A DNA stretch of 64,000 nucleotides from Eledone cirrhosa (taxonomy: Eukaryota): positions 204,786,001 to 204,850,000 of the forward strand of contig OZ024742.1 of NCBI GenBank assembly GCA_964016885.1, read 5' to 3'. Positions 11,966-23,951 of the stretch are shown piece by piece. Below the pieces are notes generated by a model. The model saw nothing but the letters and a program-made list of their open reading frames with translations. It did no database searches and was not told where the DNA came from. The position numbers and the translations under genes were made by a program. Every line of letters begins with the position of its first letter. Position 1 is the stretch's first letter.

Positions 11966-13814
11966 CACTTGCAACTATAGCTTTACTTAGACAAATATAC
12001 TTTACTGTGCGTAATAGGGATGGCATCCTTATTAGACTTGAATAGGTACGTTAGAGGAATTTATATAACACCTGCATAATTGGACTTCAAAAAGAACTTT
12101 AGTTGACTTAGTGTAACACTTGAACTTGAATAAGTATCATACAGGGCTTATAGAAGGTTTAAATCTAAATATGAACACTTTAAACCAAATAGTTTTGTAT
12201 CAAAAGGGTTGAAATCCAATACATCATTATATTAAATCCTCTAAAGTACCTGTTGAAATCCAGATATTAATATAACACCTGGATTAAATACGGACCTTAG
12301 ACTTAAAACAGTCCCTAGTTCTATGATACAAAACTATTTGTTTTAAAATGTTCATATTTAGATTTAAACCTTCCATCGTAATGTTATGCAAGGAAATTTT
12401 GTTGTTTCAAACATCAACTTAACAATAAATATGATTACAAAAGAGCCAAATGAATTATACCACAGAGTATTTGGTGATAGAAAGAACATCCAGCTGTAGA
12501 AATCATGTAAAAAATTGGAAAGTATGAGCAAGCCCCAACCCCACTTCATCCAACATACCAAATGATAACCCATCCAACCCATGTAGCAGGGAAAGTGGAC
12601 ATAAAAATGATGATGACTTCAGGCTTTTAAAAGGTCTGACGAAGTTGATGCCCTCAACCATTCCATCTAGTACAGTCAAGGGTCAGCAAACCACAGATTA
12701 GAAACTATTGGTGCACAAGTTTCCTTACTGGCCTGTTTTAACAGTCTACTACCATAGTCTCACCTGGAGCAGGTAATTTAGGTGGTAATGAGGCAGAATA
12801 AATATAAACAATGAAGGTACAATTGGTGAGAACAGATGATAATAGCTGGCTTCATTATTGAAGGAAGACACCAACAGAAGAACCAGAGGGAAGCACTAGG
12901 ACATTCTTTATTATATAATGGTTACCACAATTAACAGAGCTTCATTAATTGTAGATGAATTTAAAAAAGAAACAATGAAACACAGGTGCACCCCCAACAC
13001 ATGTAAATATGTGAGTGTGTATGTATGTAGAAATCTTGCCAAACAAAGGTTAGGAAGACACTTTAGCTGTGTCAAAAACAAAACAACCTCTCTAGTGCTG
13101 GTGATCTACATGATAAAAGCACCCAGTATATGTTGTAAAGTGGTTAGTGTTAGGAAGAGCATCCAACCATAGAAACCTTGGCAAACAAGGGGTTGGGAGG
13201 ACCTTTACATCAAAGACACAACAACTTCTGTGCACTCGATAGAATATATGACTGTACATAAGCAAGATGCAGACACCTCAAGCCTGTCAGAGAGGTCAGT
13301 ATCCCCGCTTTAGTACAAACTTGGTCTATGTAGACATGTCCAACACTTGCTAGTAGAGAAAGCGAATGTAAAACAATGATGATGATGATATACCATCATC
13401 ATCATTATTATTTAATGTCTATTTCTCCATGCTTGCATGGGTCAGACAGGTTGTCAAATTATGAGACAAGTCAGGTATGGATCTATAAATTTCACTTGGT
13501 TTCTACAGCTGGATGCCCTTCTTAATGCAAACTATGTAGTGTGGACTGGGTGATTTTTATCATGGTACCGAAACAACCACCTAACAGTGGACTGGATGCT
13601 TTTTCTCCTGTCACCAACCCAACCACCTTACAGGATGGCATGGGTGTTTTTGTTGTAGTGGCTCTGGATCAGCATCGTGGCAACAGCATTGTGGGAAATA
13701 AGATGACAAGTGTGTCTAGCTAACATGCTTGTATGCATGGGTTGGGCAAAGTGTAAAAAGTATGACACCATTTTGTATAACTTGGTTTACAATAGAAATG
13801 GTTAAGGTGTGACC

Positions 13815-14150
13815 CACCACCCCAGATGCTTTCAGCAACTATCCCTGATGGTCCAGCTGCTTTCCCATCTTCATATCCTTAATTGCCTTACTTACTATGT
13901 TGCTGCTGACTTGTACAGCTGGTTCCTCAGTTGCATCTACTTGGAGCAAACTATCTTCCTCCCATGCATTCTCCTCGTTTAGCAGTCTCTCATAGTGGCA
14001 CTTCCATGCAACTTATTTTTCAGGTTCAGTATGGGCAAGTACGCCATTATCATCTGACACACTCCCCAACAACATCACAATTTTCCGACACGCTGCTTCG
14101 AAATCCTGAACACCTCATGTTTTTGGTTGTCACGTCACAAAACATGCTTT
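13815..14150 (-). mobile_element. Decayed RTE LINE fragment
   Basis: Homologous to ~2840-3175, for example CAGCTGGTTCCTC, GTCTCTCATAGTGGCACTTCCATGC and AATCCTGAACACCTCA. Confidence 0.75.
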
Positions 14151-14162
14151 TATTTACATGTT

Positions 14163-14205
<43 letters not shown>

Positions 14206-14583
14206 ATATATAATATAGACAATAGAATTAATGTATTTTAGGTAGAATGAAAGAGGTGTGATTATTAATGAAGAGAAAGAGGGGAGGAGAGAGAGTAAGT
14301 TATGAAGGTAAAAATCTATTTTAATATCTCAGCATGAGTGGGAGAAATTGATAGACAGGTAGAGAGAGAGAGAGAGAGAACAAACTTAGCAGAAAAAAAC
14401 TAGGTCAGATTGATGGGAGTGGGTGGTGGCACAATTATTTGCAGCCAAAATTATTGAAAAGGATTCCAAGAACTTGGTAGGTGGTGGGGTAGGGTTGGGG
14501 TGGGGAACAGAGATTTTGAAATAAAAGAGAAAAAAAGAAGGACAGAAATGAGGATAAGACAAGTGTAAATTATTGGATATGAG

Positions 14584-14586
<3 letters not shown>

Positions 14587-14648
<62 letters not shown>
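14587..14648. repeat. Pure (TA)n microsatellite, about 31 units
   Basis: Read directly from the sequence. Confidence 0.95.
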
Positions 14649-14652
<4 letters not shown>

Positions 14653-15391
14653 GAATTTTCTTCTTTTAGTCATATCCAACAAAATGTCACCTCCTCCACC
14701 CCTTACCACAAGTAGAACAGTGGTGAATGTGTGATGATGGGACATTTAAGGTTCCTTTCTGTGAAGGGGAAGTAGACAGACAGGTTCAATCCCACATCGG
14801 AAGGGTAGTTTGAACACAGCTAACCTTTTATATTTTTCACTCAGAACATGGTTGTAACTGCAAAATAAAAACCAATGAATCAGAAATATTCATAATTCTA
14901 CATCTCTCTTATATATGTATCAACACACAGCTTCAAACTTTATGGCTTATAATCAGATATTTACACCTGTTATACTGTGATTGGAATTAAGATGGCCTGC
15001 CACAAGAACGACCCCCATGAACTGGACTGTTTTCCCGTCGAACTTATAGCAGTAAAAACATGTCATCCTGGTTCCCTGAAACATCCCTCATCCTACAGCG
15101 ATAGGAATGAAGATTGTCATCTACAAGAATGATTTGGGTGGTTAGCAATTTTCTGTAAAATATAGTTATGGGTTCTGCAATTTAAAAAAAATAGGACAAG
15201 GGTTCCAGAACAAAATAATTTTAGGAATCATTGATCTTAGACACACTAAATAGATGTAGAATTAATGTCTCTTGGAAATGAATTGTACAAAGTACAATTA
15301 ATTAGAAATATTTCAATAATTACCTAAATCTTTTTCACAAGTTTTTGATTAGTACTTATAAATGTCACCACTCACATACAGTTATGTAGTA

Positions 15392-15987
15392 TTAACCCTT
15401 TTAATTCCAAATTGCCTGAAACCACTCCTGGTTCAACAATAAGAAGTTGTTTGTTTTATAATATTTATATTTAATCCATCCTAATTTTATAGAGGAACTT
15501 TTGTTAAATTATGTTTGTTGCAAACACCAACTTGATAATGAGAAAGTTAGTTAGATTACTAAATCTCTCTAAATTTTTGATTATTTTGAAAATTATTTGA
15601 AAATGATAGAGTATTCAACAAAGAAAGTTCTAATTGTTCAATTAACGGAACAGCCTGCTCCTGAAATTAATGAGCAAGTAGCTGAGTACCCTACAGACAC
15701 ATGTATCCTTAACCTAATTCTCAGAAAGATGCATGACACATGTTCAGTCTATCTGAAGGTTTCCAAACAGTTTCCATCTCAAGTCAATACAAGGCTATGT
15801 TACACGACATTTGCCCAAGATGTCATGCCGTGGGATCAAACTCTGGACCTTACATTTATGAACTAAACATCTTAACCATTTGGACATGTTGCATCCCATC
15901 CACACACAAACACAGCACACTAAACACCACATACACAACACCCACACACAATTTCTTTCATTAGAAATATGGTAATAAAAGGGTTAA
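15392..15987. mobile_element. piggyBac-type MITE carrying a 345-bp insertion
   Basis: Ends are TTAACCCTTTTA and TAAAAGGGTTAA. The internal sequence is shared with 18180-18428, 23952-24393, 26968-27186 and ~31605-31824. Confidence 0.75.
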
Positions 15988-17798
15988 AATAATGACAGAT
16001 AAAAATATTTCTCTCCTTCCCAAAGGTAGAAAGCTATTCAGCTGTAGATAAAATTAAAGATAGAATGAGAGATTGATGTTTCCTTCCAGAAAGACAAATT
16101 CGATAATGAAACCAAAGCAACATTGTAAATACTGCTCCACAACACAACTAAACATCCACCAACAAACTATGAAGTAACTTCATCTGTAAACCTAGTAACC
16201 AAACCCTCATAAAAAAAACATCTTGCAACTGTTTTTCAAATAGCCACCATTTGGTTTAAGACCGAAATCTGAAACACCATTCCTAGTATGGTCATAGATA
16301 GAATGTAGATTGACGATTTCTTGAAATCACTAGCAACTTACTAGAGGTTTGTTAAACAGCACTGTTCCCTCTCTCTCTATATATATATATATATATTTAA
16401 ACTCTACTTCAATATTGAGTACTCATTCTCACATTTGTCAATATTGAGTACTCATTCTCACATTTGTCAATAACACACACACACACTTAGAAGGCAGAAT
16501 GTTAGAATTTTACCACATTCTATTTATTATATAATCAGTTATATGCATTTCAATGCTATTTGTTATTTAATGCTTAGGTATGATATTTTCAGAGAGTTTT
16601 CATATGCATGAACATTAGTAATCTAAGTTTGTATGTGATATACCAGCTGGCAAGCTTAAATGTTTCTTCACTACTCAGTTGACATAACAACACCTAAGCC
16701 TGTCACATAACCTATATCACTGTCTTCAAAGATCGTATATGAGGATTACATAGGCGATACCATTGAAATGCATATAACAGTGATTACATAATAAAATCCA
16801 ACCAACTAGAAGCATAACTAAATACATGACATTATCTCAAACATAATGTCACCAAAGAGATCTTTCTACACTGGTACCAGACATTCAGGACCTAAATTCC
16901 TGTACTGGTCCTTAATCCAGCCAGCAAAAGGTGTAGCAATGGAATTAACAGTTATCAAAGAGATTTTCCTACACTGAAAGACAAGTTCTTTAACATCACA
17001 TATTTTCATTCAATGTTACAAAATTTCAAAACGTTTGTCCTTATATTCTTCTTCATCTTCCTATTTTAGTTTTAATTAATTTCTTTTTCCGTCTTATTCA
17101 CCTGACACTGATTAAAACAAACATTTTTCTCACACATGCTCTGTATTAGTGATTACAGATTCAATTCAAAGAGATGGATAACAATATGAAATTATATTAA
17201 CACATAAAATAATAAATATACTGATAACAGATGAATAAGTGAGAGAAAAAATAGATAGCATTAAGGGATTTTTTTTTTTCTTCTTCCTCTTCTTTAGATA
17301 TTGAAAATAGCTTTAAAATTCATTTCAGATATTGGAATCCAATTATCTTTTGTTTATGAACATATCTATAAAAGCAGGCAAGCACATGTACACATACACA
17401 CACAAACAAACACACACACACTAAACATGTGGGTGAATGGATAGAGCTCTTTTGTATTCAACAAAGAAAGTTCTAATTGTTCAATTAACGGAACAGCCTG
17501 CTCCTGAAATTAATGAGCAAGTAGCTGAGTACCCTACAGAAACATGTATCCTTAACCTAATTCTCAGAAAGATGCATGACACATGTTCAGTCTATCTGAA
17601 GGTTTCCAAACAGTTTCCATCTCAAGTCAATACAAGGCTATGTTACACGACATTTGCCCAAGATGTCATGCCGTGGGATCAAACTCTGGACCTTACATTT
17701 ATGAACTAAACATCTTAACCATTTGGACATGTTGCATCCCATCCACACACAAACACAGCACACTAAACACCACATACACAACACCCACACACAATTTC
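15611..17798 (+). repeat. 345-bp near-identical direct duplication (15611-15955 and 17454-17798) of a decayed minus-strand SINE plus its CA-rich flank
   Basis: One substitution seen (CTACAGACAC versus CTACAGAAAC). The paired ORFs in the track differ only at that codon within the shared segment. Confidence 0.95.
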
Positions 17799-18179
17799 CC
17801 AATATTTAATTTTGAAGCTTTTCTATTTCCTCTGAGAATTTTCATTAATTTTCACAGCCAATATTGCAGAATCTTTTATATATGTTAGTCTAGCAGAAAC
17901 ATTTCTTTTCAGTATCTTATAAATATTGGTTAATTACATGTGAAGTTGGTTTGCTATATAAACCAATTATGCACTTTCTGTCTACAATAGATATTTAAAA
18001 GGAGAATAATAGAAAATAGATTAAAAATGTTCCACATTTCAATTAGATAAATTTAATATTCTTTCTGCAAGATCTGTTGAAATGTATATCATTTTGTTTT
18101 GAATGACTTTTATTTAAGTAGAGAAGAGAAAAAACACTGTATGCAGGTGATATTGAATATTACATCAATCAATTAGTCA

Positions 18180-18428
18180 TTAACCCTTTGATACCAAACC
18201 ACCTGAAACCGACTAATTCTACTTGTTGAAAGTGTATCTATTTAAGTAAACCCTGCCCCCATCATAATATTATATAAGAACCTTTGTTAAGTTATGTTCC
18301 TAATTGCAGCTTAATACTGATAAAATTAGTTATATAACTAAATCTCTTCAAATTATTCATTATTTTCTAAATTATTTGAAAATCATGGGCAGTGTATGAC
18401 AATCGAAATATGGAACTGAAAGAATTAA
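18180..18428. mobile_element. piggyBac-type MITE, uninterrupted copy
   Basis: Ends are TTAACCCTTTGATACC and GGAACTGAAAGAATTAA. Same family as the copy at 15392. Confidence 0.7.
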
Positions 18429-18878
18429 CAGACTAGTTAGAATCATCAACATACTGAAGACCTAAATATGAATACTCCAAGGTCCATTTAGCCATACAAC
18501 TTTCCCCTACTACAATACTAAAGTTATGTGTGTATCCCAAGGTATGTCTAGATATATAACATTCATAGTAGTGAACATATAATAGAGAAGACCCTCAGGC
18601 TTAGTCAAGTACTTGATAAACTCTCTACAGTTGGTGTCATGATAAAATCACCAAGTACACTCTGTAAAATGATAGTTCTGATGCAATGATAAAATTCATC
18701 ACATCATGGAAATCATACCAAATATGGAATGTATAAGCAAAATACATCAATCATAGATGACCATTCAGACTAATATTGACTTCCAGTTGTTAATACCATA
18801 GACAACAAAATAGACAACTGTTCAAAAGCATCAGGAGTTGAACTAAGAATACAAGGAACTGGAATAAATAACACAAAG

Positions 18879-19249
18879 TATAAAGAAAGTGCTGAAGTGC
18901 AGAAATTATATAAAGATAGCTTATAAAATAGAATGAACACCCTTAAAAGATGGAAAAAGAAATTGCCATCGGCCGATATGAGGAATTGAACCCCATATCT
19001 TCCAGATACCTATCAGTCTCTCTGTCTGCTGACATCTGAGAGCTGTTGTCCAGCTATCCAGTTAAAATGACAGAATTTCGTCAAAGGCTCCTTAGCTTAA
19101 TGGTTAAAGCTTCTATCTGGTATCTGAAAGATATGGGGTTCAATTCCACATAGCAGCGATAGCAACTTCTATTTCCATCTTTTAAGGGTGTTCAACCTAT
19201 TTTATAAGCTATCTCTATAGCATTTCTGTGCTTAAGCACTCTCTTTATA
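18879..19249. repeat. ~130-bp inverted repeat (18879-19010 / 19119-19249) overlapping a tRNA-like sequence at 19086-19158
   Basis: CACCCTTAAAAGATGGAAA..GGAATTGAACCCCATATCTT pairs with AAGATATGGGGTTCAATTCC..TTTCCATCTTTTAAGGGTG. There is an A-box-like TAGCTTAATGG and a B-box-like GGTTCAATTCC. Confidence 0.85.
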
Positions 19250-19367
19250 ATTATATATATATATATATGTGTGTGTGTATGTAAAAGGTAAACAGAAATA
19301 ACAACACAATCGGTACAGTATATGGAAGGGATATATTAGGTTAACGCTTGATATAGCAGGAAGAGGG

Positions 19368-19403
19368 TCTTAACGTTTCGGACGCTAGTCCTTCATCAGA
19401 AGA
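19368..19403 (-). ncRNA. Minimal type I hammerhead ribozyme motif (Penelope or retrozyme-like)
   Basis: Minus strand reads TCTT CTGATGA A GGAC TAGC GTCC GAAAC GTT AAGA. The core is intact, stems I and II are each 4 bp, and stem III is the minimal palindrome ACGT. Confidence 0.75.
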
Positions 19404-20109
19404 AAGAATGAGAAATAAAGATTGAGGGGACGGGCGGGTTGGAATTGGAAAAAATGTCTTTAGATAAAAATAACAGGTTCATTCATGTTGACATCTCTTG
19501 CAAAACTGTTGGTGCACTCCAAAAAGTCAAAAATTTGTAGTATAGTAGTAGGGGAAGTATTTTATATGATGCTCTACCAATTATGTCAGCTGGCTAACTG
19601 TATCTCTCCTCAGTAGTTCACTAAAACTGAGCTGAGTACATTAAGTTAATAGTTGATGCAATATTTGTATGTAATACATAAACTAGTGTTTACAGCTGCA
19701 ATCGGTAAGATGTGACTTCCCACTCTGATTATTTACAGCTAAGTGGATCGAGAAAGCACATATTGAACTTTTAGCATTAAAATGGCACATTTAATTATCT
19801 GACTAGCTGTAATTCTTGGCATGTTACTGTTGGTGATACATCACTGCACATAAGTCTCTACTGTGTTGGAGCCATACATTGCAAGTCCTAACCCCACTAA
19901 AGATAATATGATTACCTCACCTGACCCTTTTAAGCCCCTGTCTCCTTCCTCCTTACCTAAGAATGGTGGAAAGGAGAACAGAAAGTATCTTTATACTGGA
20001 GACATGGCCCAAATGTTTGCAACAGAGTGGACTCTGCTAAAGGCACCTGAAAATCAGTTGATGATGTCAAACCAAGCAACTGATTAAGTAAAGTACTCAA
20101 GTAGGATAT

Positions 20110-20300
20110 AGCTGCGAGCCAGAACAAATGCCACACAGCATCTCATCTGATGCTCTAAACATTCCTGCCAATCCACCATTCTGAATTGAAAAGATGAAAG
20201 GCAAAGTTGACCCAGGTGGGATTTGAATTCAGAGTGTAGAGAGCCAGAATAAATACTGAAAAGTATTTTGTCCTATGCTCTAAGGATTCTGCCAATTCAT
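20110..20300 (-). mobile_element. SINE copies, minus strand
   Basis: GATGAAAGGCAAAGTTGACC..ATTTGAATTCAGA..GATTCTGCCAATTCA. Confidence 0.7.
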
Positions 20301-20989
20301 ATACTTTACCCAAAGGAGGATCCTGTCGAAAACATCAAAACACCTCTCTTCATGACACATAAACTTATCTTATTTTATTTTATGCCATTAACTATTCTTT
20401 GCTTACACAGATGGATTTCAGTTGTATCACCCAGCTCCTATATTTGACAAAAGTTGACCGTTGTTAGTGAAAAAGGAACAGCACCAATAACATCTACCAA
20501 CTATTTAACAATACATCCATGATTCTACAAATAATTGACTAATATAGATGTCAGTCTAAAAAATTAACAAGCGGGAGGGGTGATTATTCAAGACCCAAGA
20601 ATAACATACATTGTTGCTGTTGTTAGGCCAACATGATAGAACTATGTAATATCCAGAACTATATAGATAACATATATATTGTTGTTCTTGTTGTTGTTGA
20701 GCCACCATGATAGAACTACGTAATATCCAGAATATATATCTTGTTCTTGTTGAACCTTCTTCGTTTCCAATGATGAGTGCTCCAACTGATTCAAACAATG
20801 GAACTGCCTTCTGCTGCTCATGAGGTGAAGTCATCCACAATGCAGTCGTGCCAGAGCCCCCTCACAAGATGACTTAAATGGTAGGGTGAGCAGTTCAAAA
20901 TATGGATTGGCACAATCAAGTTAGATCTTGAGCTAATATCTAGTCCTCTCATATATGGTATCCATCGTTGGAATGGTGACTGGCTGACA

Positions 20990-21185
20990 ATAAAGATTTC
21001 TAATTTCAGCAGATGGCCAGCTAATTTTCAGGAAGCGAATCAACCCCAGTACTTGACTGGTACTTTATTTATTGACCCTGTATGAAAGGAAAGTTGACTT
21101 TGGTAGGATTTAAACGCATTATGCAAAAAGCCAGATCAAAAGCTGCAGTGGCATGTTATTGACCACTCTACCAATTCTGCCAATC
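20990..21185 (-). mobile_element. SINE copy, minus strand
   Basis: CTGGTACTTTATTTATTGACCC..TGAAAGGAAAGTTGAC..ATTCTGCCAATC. Confidence 0.7.
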
Positions 21186-21377
21186 AACTACAATCTTGTT
21201 TGGAAATATTGAGTGCCCATAGAGTCTGTGAAAAATGAACAAGATTTCTATCATTGTTGTTGACAAGATAAGAGCTCATATCTTATTGATGACAGAACAT
21301 TGTATGTATAAATCAAACATATGACATACATCTATAACATATATCAAAAATGTTACAGAAGTTAAGATAGATGTAGA

Positions 21378-21880
21378 CACATGGCTGTGTGCTTAATGAG
21401 GAGTTCTGTTCACAACTATGTGGTTTCAGCTTCATACCACGGTGCAGCACCTTGGGCAAGTGTTTTCTCCTATAGCCATGTGATTGAAATTTGGTAGACA
21501 GAAACTGTGCAAAGCCTATTCTGTATGTGTGTATGTGCATATATGTGTGTTTGTGTGTGTGATGTGTGTACACAGATGTTTGTGTTTATGCGTATTGTCT
21601 CTATATTCCATAACTTAGCAGTTCAACAAATAAATATCGAAGAAATAAGTACCAGACTTGAAGAAAAAAACAAAGTGCCCCAGTATGGTCACTGTCTAAC
21701 GACTGAAACCAATAAAATAGTACTAGGGGCAATAAGATCAAGTAAACCCCTTCAAGGCAGTGCCCTAGTATGGTCGTAGCCTAATGACTGAAACCAGTAA
21801 ATACTAGGGGCTATATGATCAAGTTAACCTCTTCAAGGCAGTGCCCCAGTATGGTTGCAGTCAAATCACTGAAACAAGTA
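21378..21880 (+). mobile_element. SINE with a triplicated 3' segment
   Basis: tRNA-like head followed by GCACCTTGGGCAAGTG. AGTGCCCCAGTATGGT..ACTGAAAC occurs three times at ~21675, ~21760 and ~21840. Confidence 0.6.
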
Positions 21881-22832
21881 CTACTAGAGGCAATAAATGA
21901 CATCTAGCTGAAAATGAGAGAGAAATAGAAGAAACAAGAAGAAACAGTGATGGTATTCAGCTTTAACTACAATAAATGTAGATAAAATGGAGAGAACTAA
22001 TGGAAGAAAGGTTGTGTGGCAAGAAGGGCCAGATGTGGTGGTAATGGTGTTGGTAGTGATAGTGGTGGTGAGGGTGGTGTTAGCAGTGATGGTAGTGTTG
22101 GAGAATGTGATGGTGGTGTTGTTGGTGATGATAGTAGTATTGGTGGTGGTGATGATGGTGATAGTGAAAGCAGTAATGGTAATGGTAATGGTAGAGTGTA
22201 TGTGAGAGCGTAAGTGAGTGAGAATGTGTGTGTGAGTGTGTGTGAGTGAGAGTGTGTGTAAGAGTGTGTATGAGTTAGTGAGTGTGAGTGTGTAAGAGTG
22301 TGTATGAGAGTTAGTTAGTGCGTGTGTGTGAGAGACAGTCAGTGAGAGTGTGTGTGTATGTGTGTGTTTATATGAAAGGGTGTTTGTTAGAAATGCAATA
22401 TTTGTTAGAAATGCAATGTTTGTTACAAATGCAATGTAAAGCTTATAAAAATAAATGAAATGATTGTGATTGGCAAGGTAATGTAATGTAATGAAAATGT
22501 AGAGGAGGTTGGCCAGAGTAAGGTGAGCTAAAGAGCAATAAAGTATTTTATATATATCAGGTGTAGTTTGACTGAATCCTAAGGTGGGATGATGAACATA
22601 GAGGCCAATGGAAGGTGGTAATGAGAGCAGATGAAGGCTGAACATCACTGATGAGAAGAAAGAAATCATCACTGATCTAAAAAAGAGATAACAGATACAC
22701 AAAAGAAACAACCATGAAGGGTTTGTATAGATGAGACAAAACCTATTCTAATTCTGTACGGCAATCAATTGTGGGATGGGGAATAGCAACAGATGATGGT
22801 GATGGTAATGATGGGCGGCGGTGGTGGTTTAC

Positions 22833-23004
22833 CTGGTTGTTTTTATACATCCACCAAATATCATATGGGAGCTGAAAATCTGATACCTCTTCTCGCAAAT
22901 CTTTTCCTTCGTGGATAGGAGCAGGAAGTGAGCCACGACCAAAGTTGCTAGCTTGGTGGAAACTACTTTTCTCTTTATTCCTCGCTGCAGGTTTCCTGTT
23001 TCGT
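22833..23004 (-). CDS. ASH1L: Internal coding exon (172 nt) of histone-lysine N-methyltransferase ASH1L/Ash1, segment preceding AWS/SET
   Basis: Acceptor is ttttttaattgcag and donor is CAG|gtaaac. After 1 nt it reads [57 protein letters not shown], matching the ASH1L motif PAPIHVGKYLR...[16 protein letters not shown] (recalled, not searched). It is absent from the ORF track. Confidence 0.9.
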
Positions 23005-23519
23005 CTGCAATTAAAAAATAATAATAACTAAATAAATATGAGTTAAATATCTAACAATAGAGAATGTATATTTACAAATATATTCAAAATTTGGTAAAAG
23101 TATTGATTTTAGGGTTCAAAATAAAAAAACTGGAAACTCATATATCATCATCATTTAATGTTTGTTTTTGCTACTGGCATGGGTTGGAGAGGTTGCCATG
23201 GTCTAAGACTAAATGCATTGAAAAGTCATAGCTTGCTCATACATTCCATTGTTGGTATCATTTCTACAGTTGGATGATCTTCCTAATGGCAACCACTTTA
23301 CAGAGTTTTGTTTGTGTATGTGTCCGTGAGTGTGCAATACATTGGATTTATGTTCATGTGAGCACATGGATGCACCAATAAGAGAATTTGCAAGAATTGC
23401 TCAGCCCATATATATATAGAATTCTCGTGTTCACACATCAATATGTTTGCATATACACAATAAATCCAGTGAATCCAATGAGATATTTTGGTTTTATTAT
23501 TTCAAAGTTTTTACGGACC

Positions 23520-23678
23520 TTTACATTCTGAGTTCAAACCCTGCCAAGGTTAGCTTTGCCTTTCATCCTTACGGGATCGATAAAATAAAGTACCAGTAAC
23601 ACAATGGGGTCAATTTAATTGACTTTCCCTTTCACTTTAAATTACTGACCTTGTGCCAAAAGTAGAAGAAAATTATTT
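23520..23678 (+). mobile_element. SINE copy
   Basis: TTCTGAGTTCAAACCCTGCCAAGGTTAGCTTTGCCTTTCATCCTTACGGGATCGATAAAATAAAGTACCAGT. Confidence 0.8.
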
Positions 23679-23951
23679 CAAAGTTTAAAGTAAAAGATAT
23701 CCAAGATATGATAGTTTATAGCTTCTGTTAGTTGATGTCTCTCATATAGTACAACATGGAATATTCTCAAATTGATATGTTACATCATCAATAAACCAAT
23801 CAACAAGATCAATATAATGCATGGAAACCTTTTTAAGATGCTTTCTTCCTCTAACCATTATCCTCCCACATAGCCACACACACTGTCACCTTTTATTTTT
23901 AAAACAAAACAAAATGTAAAAAATAAACAGGTCTATCTTAGAAACAAACTA

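Noticed and set aside
12153-12373. ~50-bp inverted repeat
   Set aside because: Explained by two oppositely oriented fragments of the common MITE family.
14825-14857. Possible minus-strand micro-exon (ttttattttgcag...AAG|gttagc, reading YNHVLSEKYK)
   Set aside because: Phase does not match the phase-0 end of the ASH1L exon, which would give a stop, and the similarity is too weak.
17005-17062. Minus-strand KKNIRTNV resembling the Ash1 KIRTNVY motif
   Set aside because: No polypyrimidine acceptor, and a stop follows within a few codons.
19086-19158. Functional tRNA gene
   Set aside because: Acceptor and anticodon stems do not pair well. Treated as a tRNA-derived repeat.
21884-22711. 275-aa ORF and other low-complexity ORFs (6562-7012, 27382-27785)
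   Set aside because: They derive from GT-rich, (AGT)n and (ACC/AAC)n simple repeats and show no protein motifs.
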